Made by a program: the position numbers and the translations under genes. The notes under the pieces are model-generated. The model was not told where the DNA came from. It did not search any database and saw nothing but the letters and a program-made list of their open reading frames with translations. DNA of 64,000 bases, taken from a bacterium. Lineage in GTDB: Bacteria > Actinomycetota > Acidimicrobiia > Spongiisociales > ZC4RG35. The stretch is taken from contig JAPPFC010000051.1 of NCBI GenBank assembly GCA_028824015.1, forward strand, positions 4,732-68,731, in the 5' to 3' direction. Below are positions 18,418 through 25,152 of the stretch, in pieces (position 1 is the stretch's first letter; every line of letters starts with the position of its first letter).

Positions 18418-19578
18418 GTGCTTTACCGTCGTCTGATGCTGGGCACGGTGCTGGCCGTCGCCATGGCGGCCGCCACTTTCGCTCCAACGGTCTTTGGGGT
18501 GCTCGCCTCGGAACTGATCTCGTTCTTGAGGATCGAACGGTGGCAACTGGGGTTGCTGGTCAGCGGCGCCACTCTATGCGGGGCGGTGTTCTCGCTGCTG
18601 TTGGGGAAATGGGCTGACATGGCGGGTGGTCGGCGGGCCACGATCTTAACTCTGATAATCGCCGGGGTCTCCCTGGTAGGGGTGGGGACGGCCCCCGGGT
18701 TCGGCGTGATGATGGCGGCGGCATGCCTGGCCGGGATAGCGTCCGGGTTTTCCAACCCGGCCACCAATCGGCTCATCTCCGAGGAATTCGCCACGGGTCG
18801 GCAGAGTTTGATCGTGGGCGTGAAGCAGTCGGGCGTACAGATAGGAGTTTTCCTCGGAGGATGGCTGCTGCCGGTCTTCTCCATGTGGTGGGGTTGGCGA
18901 TGGGCGGTTATCGCGTTCGCCGCGGTCCCCCTTGCTTTTGCCGGCATCTATTCGGCGGGGCCTCCGCGGGTTCACGCTGGCCGGGAGGACACTGCTGGAG
19001 AGCCGTTCAGCCGCATCCCCAGGATGATCTACCGTCTGGCGGTCTACGGGTTCACCATGGGAACAGGCATGTCCGTGGTGCTTGCTTATCTGCCGCTCTA
19101 TGCCGAAGAAGTGTTGGGGATGAGCCAGGGCCAGGCCGGATTGGCCCTGGCCGTCACCGGGCTGGTGGGGATCCCGGCCCGGCTCGGTTGGGCGCGCGTA
19201 GCCGAAGGCCGGTTCGGGTCGGTGAGAAGCCTGCGGATTATCGCTCTGACGGCGGTGGCGATGGGTCTGGTCCTGGCCTTCGGGCATCACCTGGGATCGT
19301 GGACCATCTGGATGGCGGCGGCTCTGATCGGGCTCAGCGGGAGCGCTTGGAACGCGGTTGGCATGCTAGCCATCATCCAGATCCTCCCGACCTCTCTGGC
19401 CGGCCGGGGTTCGGGAATAGTGTTACTCGGCTTCCTGACCGGTCTGGGGCTCGGCGCTCCCCTCGTGGGCTTGTCGGTGGATCTCCTCGGTATCTACACC
19501 CCGGGTTGGCTGGCGATTACTGTTCTATTCGGGTTTGGATTCTGGGTGATGAACACGGGTAGGAGGAGAGTGGGTTGA
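18418..19578 (+). CDS. MFS transporter (paralog 1 of a tandem pair)
   Basis: 12-TM pattern. The GTG at 18418 is chosen because it aligns with the N-terminus of the downstream paralog. The track ORF starts at 18238 in a non-membrane-like leader. Confidence 0.75.
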   Translation: MLYRRLMLGTVLAVAMAAATFAPTVFGVLASELISFLRIERWQLGLLVSGATLCGAVFSLLLGKWADMAGGRRATILTLIIAGVSLVGVGTAPGFGVMMAAACLAGIASGFSNPATNRLISEEFATGRQSLIVGVKQSGVQIGVFLGGWLLPVFSMWWGWRWAVIAFAAVPLAFAGIYSAGPPRVHAGREDTAGEPFSRIPRMIYRLAVYGFTMGTGMSVVLAYLPLYAEEVLGMSQGQAGLALAVTGLVGIPARLGWARVAEGRFGSVRSLRIIALTAVAMGLVLAFGHHLGSWTIWMAAALIGLSGSAWNAVGMLAIIQILPTSLAGRGSGIVLLGFLTGLGLGAPLVGLSVDLLGIYTPGWLAITVLFGFGFWVMNTGRRRVG

Positions 19579-19600
19579 GTAGGGTGGTGGCTTCCTGGCT

Positions 19601-20818
19601 GTGAACTTTGGACGTCTCCGCTTTGGCGCGGTGTTGGTCGTGACGATGGCGTCCACCACCATGGCCATAACCACCTTCGGGGTTCTTGCCTCTGAGTTAA
19701 TCGCGGCAATGGGTATCGAACGGTGGCAGTTGGGGATGCTGGCCACCTCCGGCACTCTGAGCGGGGCGCTGTTCTCCACTCGTTTGGGTAAGTGGGTGGA
19801 TGTGGTGGGCGGTAAGCGAGCCACTGTTACCACCCTCATGGTGGGGGGAACCGCGTTGTTCTGTGTGGGGGTGGCGCCTGAATTCTCCCTGATGGTGGGG
19901 GCGGCGTTTCTCAACGGGATCGCATCGGGCATTGCCAACCCGGCCACCAACAAGTTGATTTCCCTGGAGGTCGAGCCCGGTCGGCGGGGACTGATCGTGG
20001 GCATCAAGCAGTCGGGAGTGCAGGTCGCCATATTCATGGGAGGTTGGTTGTTGCCGGTCTTCACCGATTGGTGGGGCTGGCGATGGGCGGTCCTGGCATT
20101 TGCGGCGGCCCCCCTGACGGTGGGAGCGATTTCCATGGCAAGGGGCGCGTCTGTGGGGCCCCCCTCCGGCCGGCCGCCGGACAAAGAGGCCGGGCGGAAA
20201 GACACGAATGAGGAGAGTCCGGTTCGTCTTCCCAGGGTGGTTCGCCGCCTGACGGTCTACGGGTTCTTGCTGGGGATGGGGGTGGTCGTCCTGGTCGTCT
20301 ACTTGCCGCTCTACGCCGAGGAGGTCCTGGGAATGAGCCGGGGCCGGGTCGGGCTGGTGCTGGCGATCACCGGGCCGGTCGGGATTCTTGCCCGGATCGG
20401 GTGGGGGCGTATAGCCGAGGGTCGCCTGGGGATGGTTCGCAGTCTGATGTTGATCGCATCGCTGGGGGTGGTCTCGGGAGTCTTCCTGGCCTTTGGGGAA
20501 GACCTGGGGACCTGGGTAATTTGGGTCGCCGCGGTGGTGGCGGGCTTCAGCGTCTTCGCCTGGACCTCGGTGGGGATGCTTGCGGTCATCGAGATCCTGC
20601 CGGCCCATCTGGCCGGAACGGGGTCGGGGAGGGTGTATTTGGGGTTTATTACCGGATTCGGGATCGGCGCACCACTGTTCGGATGGTCGGTGGATGCCCT
20701 GGGTGTCTACGGACCGGGTTGGTTGGGCATCACCGCTCTATTCGCGGCGGGCTTATGGGTCATGTTCACGGTAAGAGGGGACGAAACACCCACCAGGCCG
20801 ATCGGGAGCACCGCTTAG
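19601..20818 (+). CDS. MFS transporter (paralog 2 of a tandem pair)
   Basis: 405 aa and colinear with the upstream gene. Shared blocks include IERWQLG, LGKW.D..GG.RAT, IVG.KQSGVQ..F.GGWLLPVF..WWGWRWAV.AFAA.PL and LPLYAEEVLGMS.G. Confidence 0.8.
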   Translation: MNFGRLRFGAVLVVTMASTTMAITTFGVLASELIAAMGIERWQLGMLATSGTLSGALFSTRLGKWVDVVGGKRATVTTLMVGGTALFCVGVAPEFSLMVGAAFLNGIASGIANPATNKLISLEVEPGRRGLIVGIKQSGVQVAIFMGGWLLPVFTDWWGWRWAVLAFAAAPLTVGAISMARGASVGPPSGRPPDKEAGRKDTNEESPVRLPRVVRRLTVYGFLLGMGVVVLVVYLPLYAEEVLGMSRGRVGLVLAITGPVGILARIGWGRIAEGRLGMVRSLMLIASLGVVSGVFLAFGEDLGTWVIWVAAVVAGFSVFAWTSVGMLAVIEILPAHLAGTGSGRVYLGFITGFGIGAPLFGWSVDALGVYGPGWLGITALFAAGLWVMFTVRGDETPTRPIGSTA

Positions 20819-20847
20819 GCTGCCTTCAGTCGCGTCTCCCGTTCAGA

Positions 20848-21495
20848 TCAGCAGCGGCGCATCAGAGTCACCCCGTCCGCGAAGGGGAGTACCACCACTT
20901 CCAGATCCGGGGAGGAGGCGGCCAAGTCGTTGAAGCGGCGGATCGCGTCGGTTGCCTCGGTTCGATCGCCGGGATCGATCACCCGTCCCGACCAGAGCGT
21001 GTTGTCGGCCACGATCACCCCGCCCGGTCTCACCAACTCCGTCAGTTTTCGCAGGTAAGCCGGGTAGTTCGGTTTGTCGGCGTCGAGGAAGGCCATGTCA
21101 AAGGGACCCTCCAGGTCCTCCAGGGTCTGGAGGGCAGGGCCGATCAAGAGAGTGATCCGGTCAGCCACTCCCGCTTCCTCCCAGGCGCGTTTGGCGTGGT
21201 TCGTAAACTCTTCGGAGAGATCGCAGCAGACGAGTGTGCCTCCCTCCGGGAGGGCTTGGGCCATCGAGAGCGAGGACAGGCCGGTGAAGGTGCCGATTTC
21301 TAGTAATCTCGTTGCGCCGATCAGCTTCACCAGCAGAGCCAGGAACGCCCCCTGGAGGGGATCGATCTGCATTCTCGAGAGATCGGGATAGCGGCGGGCA
21401 GTGTCCTCGATCACCTGCCGGCCCACCCTGCCCGAGGTCATGGAGAGGGACGAGGCGTAATCCAGGAGTTTCTGGTCCGAGAGGTGCTTTCTCAT
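20848..21495 (-). CDS. Class I SAM-dependent O-methyltransferase (caffeoyl-CoA OMT-like)
   Basis: LLEIGTFTGLSSLSMA...LDADKPNYPAYL...LVRPGGVIVADNTLWSGRV. Confidence 0.8.
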   Translation of the reverse strand: MRKHLSDQKLLDYASSLSMTSGRVGRQVIEDTARRYPDLSRMQIDPLQGAFLALLVKLIGATRLLEIGTFTGLSSLSMAQALPEGGTLVCCDLSEEFTNHAKRAWEEAGVADRITLLIGPALQTLEDLEGPFDMAFLDADKPNYPAYLRKLTELVRPGGVIVADNTLWSGRVIDPGDRTEATDAIRRFNDLAASSPDLEVVVLPFADGVTLMRRC

Positions 21496-21707
21496 TCCAA
21501 CCAGGTTACCGACCACCGGGGTTGGTCATTGGTGGGGGAATACTGGCGGGAGAGACCGGGAAGTCAGGCTCTCGTGGAGAAGGGACCCGAGAAGGACAGC
21601 CGGACGGAACCCGCTCTGGCCTCCCGGATCCGGCCCGGCTCCCAATGCCCCTTGGAGCAGTACGTTAAGGACTTGCCCGATGTCGTTGGACGCCACTCGA
21701 ACCACAG

Positions 21708-22373
21708 ATGCCCGGACGTAGTCTCCCAGGACTTTGGTGGGGGCTTTTGTTGCTGTTGGCGGTGGCGTGCACGTCGGACACCGGGTTGAACGGCGATCTC
21801 TCCACCTCGCCCGAGTCGGAGACTGCCGCGCCGCCATCGTCGGTCACCATCCCTGCTGACGCGGCGAGCAACACGGCGGAGCCTGCCGGCACCACATCCT
21901 CCACCGGGACCCCACCATCCACGACCACCACTGCGGGCGCGGTAGCCACGACTCTGCCTGTCACGACCACCATGGCCGGCGCCGCCACTACGACTACGCC
22001 CGCGGTTACAACCTCCCAGAGCTCAGCAACGACCATTCCCCCACCTTCGACCTCGGCCGCGCCGTCAACCACCACAACCCGGGCAACCACGACCACCACC
22101 CTCCCCGATGACCTGACCGTTGTGGAGATAACCGTGAGGGAGGGAAGGGCAGTGGGAGAAGACCGAGTGGACGTTCCCCTGGGCGATCGAATTTCGCTTC
22201 GGTTCGACTCGGACACCCGGTTGCTGGTGCACATCCACGGTTACGACGAGGAGTTCACCGTGGAGGCCGGCGTCATCACGGTTTACGAGTTCGACGGGGA
22301 CCTGCCCGGGATCTTCGAGGTGGAGGACCATGTGAGCCATCGACTGCTGATCGAATTGAAAGTGTCGCCCTGA
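21708..22373 (+). CDS. Lipoprotein with a Thr/Ser/Pro-rich linker and a C-terminal cupredoxin-like beta domain
   Basis: Signal plus lipobox LLLLLAVAC, then about 100 aa of T/S/P/A low complexity. The C-terminus reads ...ISLRFDSDTRLLVHIHGYDEEFTVEAG...GIFEVEDHVSHRLLIELKV, which resembles cupredoxin/EfeO-N-type domains. That assignment is by eye only. Confidence 0.6.
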   Translation: MPGRSLPGLWWGLLLLLAVACTSDTGLNGDLSTSPESETAAPPSSVTIPADAASNTAEPAGTTSSTGTPPSTTTTAGAVATTLPVTTTMAGAATTTTPAVTTSQSSATTIPPPSTSAAPSTTTTRATTTTTLPDDLTVVEITVREGRAVGEDRVDVPLGDRISLRFDSDTRLLVHIHGYDEEFTVEAGVITVYEFDGDLPGIFEVEDHVSHRLLIELKVSP

Positions 22374-22382
22374 GGTGAGAGC

Positions 22383-23714
22383 ATGATCCTGGGTCACGGC
22401 ATCGGTGGGCGTCTCGACCTGCCCATCCCCCTCCTGTATTTCACGCTGGCGGCGATAACGGTGCTGGTGGTCACCTTTGCCATGCTGTCCGCCCGGTGGC
22501 ACGAGCCGCGCCTGCAGAATCCCACATTCAGGGTGGTCGAGGTTCCCCACTGGATGAGGCTGGGAGGGAGGATCTTCTCGGCGCTGTCGGTGGTGCTGTT
22601 GGTTTTGATGGTGCTGAGCGGGTTTCTCGGATCCGACGACGCGCTTGAAAACCCGGCGCCGGTTTTGGTCTTTGTGGGGCTTTGGCTGGTGGTTCCCTTC
22701 CTGTCGGCTCTGGTTGGGGACTTCTACCAGGTGATCGCTCCCTGGCGGGTCCTGGCCCGATGGCTGAAGGTCGACCGGGCGGGTGATCGAGGCAGGTCGT
22801 CGCGGGTCGGATACTGGCCGGCGGCGGCGGTTCTCTTTGCGTTCACATGGTGGGAACTGGTGTCGCCGGTGGGCAGCGTTCCGTGGTGGCTTGCCGTGAT
22901 CGCCCTGGTCTACACCCTCTACATGCTGGTGACCATCGGTCTGTGGGGCAGCGAATCCCAGTTGACCATGTGGGACGGCTTTGGGGCTTACAACCATCTG
23001 ATGGGAGCCATCGGGCCTCTCGGCAGGAACCAGCACGGTGAACTGGTCCGTCGGAAGTGGTTGAGAGGGCTCCCGACGGTGGCCGAGCGCCCTGGCCTTG
23101 ATGGTCTGGCGGTGGTCCTGATCGGGGGAGTCACATTTGACGGCCTCACCGGGATCCCCTTCTGGAGAAACCAGCTTGCCGGGCCGCTTGAGGACACTCT
23201 GTCGGCCGCCGGGTTGGGCTGGCAGTGGGCGGAGGCGGTGGTGGGCACTTTCGGACTCCTGGCCGTCGTCCTGCTGATCGGCTGGGCCTACCACGTGGCC
23301 TGTGGGGTCTCCGCGGTCCTCTCGGACACCGACGTCGGTCTGGCCCGCATCCGAATCCGGTTCGCCCACACCCTGGTCCCGATAGCCCTGGCCTACGCGT
23401 TCGCTCACTATTTCACCCTGGTCATCTATGAGGGGCAGTTCTTCCTGAGCGCCATCGCCGACCCCTTCGACATGGGGTGGGATGTGTTCGGAGCGGCCGA
23501 CCGGGCAGTGGACTACACCGTGATTTCTCCCACCGCGGTCTGGTACGTTCAACTGGCGGCGGTGATAGCCGGCCATGTGGGCGGCGTGATCCTGGCGCAT
23601 GACCGGGCTCTGGTTGACTTCCCGGGGGTCAAGGCTATACGATCCCAGTATCCCATGTTGGCGCTGATGGTGGTTCTGACCATGCTCGCTCTCTTCATTC
23701 TTACGGCTGGATGA
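22383..23714 (+). CDS. Polytopic (about 10-12 TM) membrane protein of unknown function with conserved-looking His motifs
   Basis: 443 aa. N-terminus MILGHGIGGRLDLPIP. Later FAHTLVPIALAYAFAHYF and AAVIAGHVGGVILAHDRAL. Starts 10 nt after the lipoprotein gene. Confidence 0.7.
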   Translation: MILGHGIGGRLDLPIPLLYFTLAAITVLVVTFAMLSARWHEPRLQNPTFRVVEVPHWMRLGGRIFSALSVVLLVLMVLSGFLGSDDALENPAPVLVFVGLWLVVPFLSALVGDFYQVIAPWRVLARWLKVDRAGDRGRSSRVGYWPAAAVLFAFTWWELVSPVGSVPWWLAVIALVYTLYMLVTIGLWGSESQLTMWDGFGAYNHLMGAIGPLGRNQHGELVRRKWLRGLPTVAERPGLDGLAVVLIGGVTFDGLTGIPFWRNQLAGPLEDTLSAAGLGWQWAEAVVGTFGLLAVVLLIGWAYHVACGVSAVLSDTDVGLARIRIRFAHTLVPIALAYAFAHYFTLVIYEGQFFLSAIADPFDMGWDVFGAADRAVDYTVISPTAVWYVQLAAVIAGHVGGVILAHDRALVDFPGVKAIRSQYPMLALMVVLTMLALFILTAG

Positions 23715-23872
23715 TGCCCATTGCCCACATCCTCGGAGGAGGCTCCACCGACGAGTGGGTTGCCTCCGGGGTGGTGCTTATCGGTCTGGTATGGCTCTTG
23801 CGCCGATCCGAGCGCCGGGCCCGGCAACGGCGGCAGCAAATGGAAGACGAGTCCTCCGGCGAGAACCAGTGA
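23711..23872 (+). CDS. 53-aa single-TM microprotein (hypothetical)
   Basis: Below the track cutoff. The ATG overlaps the TGA of the preceding gene (ATGA). Translation: MMPIAHILGGGSTDEWVASGVVLIGLVWLLRRSERRARQRRQQMEDESSGENQ. Confidence 0.4.
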   Translation: MMPIAHILGGGSTDEWVASGVVLIGLVWLLRRSERRARQRRQQMEDESSGENQ

Positions 23873-23944
23873 CGCGCCATACGGGTCCCATCGGGACCGC
23901 CGGTGTTGAGGGCCCCATCCGGCTGTGTATCCTCGGTGGCGCAT

Positions 23945-25138
23945 ATGAGTGAGTTTCTGGCGGCGGCCGCGGCGGCTATGGACGCACCCGAAGAACTGGT
24001 CCTGCGCTCGGCCGAAGCGAAGGCCCAGGCTTTGGGGGGAACCGCCGATGATTACCTGCGGGCATGGGGAGGCGGTGGAGCCGCTCCCACCCCGGCTGCC
24101 CCTGCGGCGCCCCCTCAAGCCGCCCCGGCTCCCCCGGTGGAGGCAACACCGCCGCCGCCTGTCCCGGAGGCTGTTACCGCTCCGGCAGAGACGCCTCTGG
24201 CGGCAGCGGTGGCCGTGCAAACGGAAGAAGCCGTTGTGGTGGTGGAGGAGCCGCCTCCTCCGGAAGTGGATCCTGCTCCGTTGCGAGTGCGCAGGAAGCT
24301 GGGGGGAAGGCTTGGTGCGATCACGGGGGCGGCGATCGGACTGGTGACCCTGGTGGCGCTTGCCCCCTGGCTGGCGGCTCGGGCCGACACGCTGGGCGAG
24401 GAGGGACCTTTCTCTCCCTCGTTGCTGGTGGCGCCCAACCGGGCCGTGATCGGGTTGGTTGTGCTGTTCGGTGTCTACGGGTTGATTCTGTCGCTGTTCA
24501 CCACCGCGGCCGTGGGATGGCATGGTCCCGGGATGAATATCGTGGAAGGCCAGGGTTCCATAATGGTGGGCGGGGTTCTCACCGGCTCTGTGATCGGAGG
24601 TGCAACCGGCGGGGTGGCGACCGGCATGTTCGGTACCGGGTTGCCGGGCGCCGAAGAGGTGGAGGTGTCGGTTGTCGCCGGTCTGGTGGTGGTCGTTGCG
24701 GCCGGAACTGTCCTGGGTTGGGCAGTGGGACAACTCTCGCAGGTGCTGGGGGTCCCGGAAGGCATGGCCGGCGCCGAGGGGGAGGAAGCGGGAGTCGTGA
24801 GGTTCCGGCTGAAGTCCGCTCTGGCCCTTCCCGTAATAGGAGTGGCGCTGATTGCGGTGCTGGTGTTGCCCAACGCCTATATCTTCCTGCAGTTCCCCGG
24901 TTGGGCGCCCATCATGGGATCGGTGGTGGCCGCCAGCATTCTCACTTTCGCCGGGCTCTCCGCATCCAGGCCGGGAATGCGCATCACCAGGGGAGAGTTC
25001 CTGCTGGCGGCCGCCGGAATAGGTGTGGTGGTGTTCATCCTCTTTGCGGTGCTCAACACACAGGGGGCGGGACACGGCGAGTCCGAGGACGACCACGGCG
25101 TCGAAGCAGAGGCGATCGAGGTAGTCGTTCCCTCCTGA
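23945..25138 (+). CDS. Membrane protein with a soluble N-domain, a Pro/Ala-rich linker and a Gly-rich multi-TM C-domain (hypothetical)
   Basis: MSEFLAAAAAAMDAPEELVLRSAEAKAQALGGTADDYLRAW, then a PAAPAAPPQAAPAPP linker, then about 7 hydrophobic segments. The opposite-strand 661-aa ORF is R/G/P/H-rich and was rejected. Confidence 0.6.
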   Translation: MSEFLAAAAAAMDAPEELVLRSAEAKAQALGGTADDYLRAWGGGGAAPTPAAPAAPPQAAPAPPVEATPPPPVPEAVTAPAETPLAAAVAVQTEEAVVVVEEPPPPEVDPAPLRVRRKLGGRLGAITGAAIGLVTLVALAPWLAARADTLGEEGPFSPSLLVAPNRAVIGLVVLFGVYGLILSLFTTAAVGWHGPGMNIVEGQGSIMVGGVLTGSVIGGATGGVATGMFGTGLPGAEEVEVSVVAGLVVVVAAGTVLGWAVGQLSQVLGVPEGMAGAEGEEAGVVRFRLKSALALPVIGVALIAVLVLPNAYIFLQFPGWAPIMGSVVAASILTFAGLSASRPGMRITRGEFLLAAAGIGVVVFILFAVLNTQGAGHGESEDDHGVEAEAIEVVVPS

Positions 25139-25152
25139 TCCCCGCTCCGGCC

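Noticed and set aside
21531-21580. Cobalamin-riboswitch-like fragments (GGTGGGGGAA...GAAGTCAGGCTC) upstream of the cupredoxin-like lipoprotein gene
   Set aside because: Only short partial resemblance to the B12 box. There is no GCCACTG core and the region is too short for the full aptamer. The downstream gene has no B12 logic.
22065-23600. 511-aa ORF on the minus strand
   Set aside because: It is antisense to the 443-aa polytopic membrane protein and looks like an R/H/G/P/Q-rich shadow frame.
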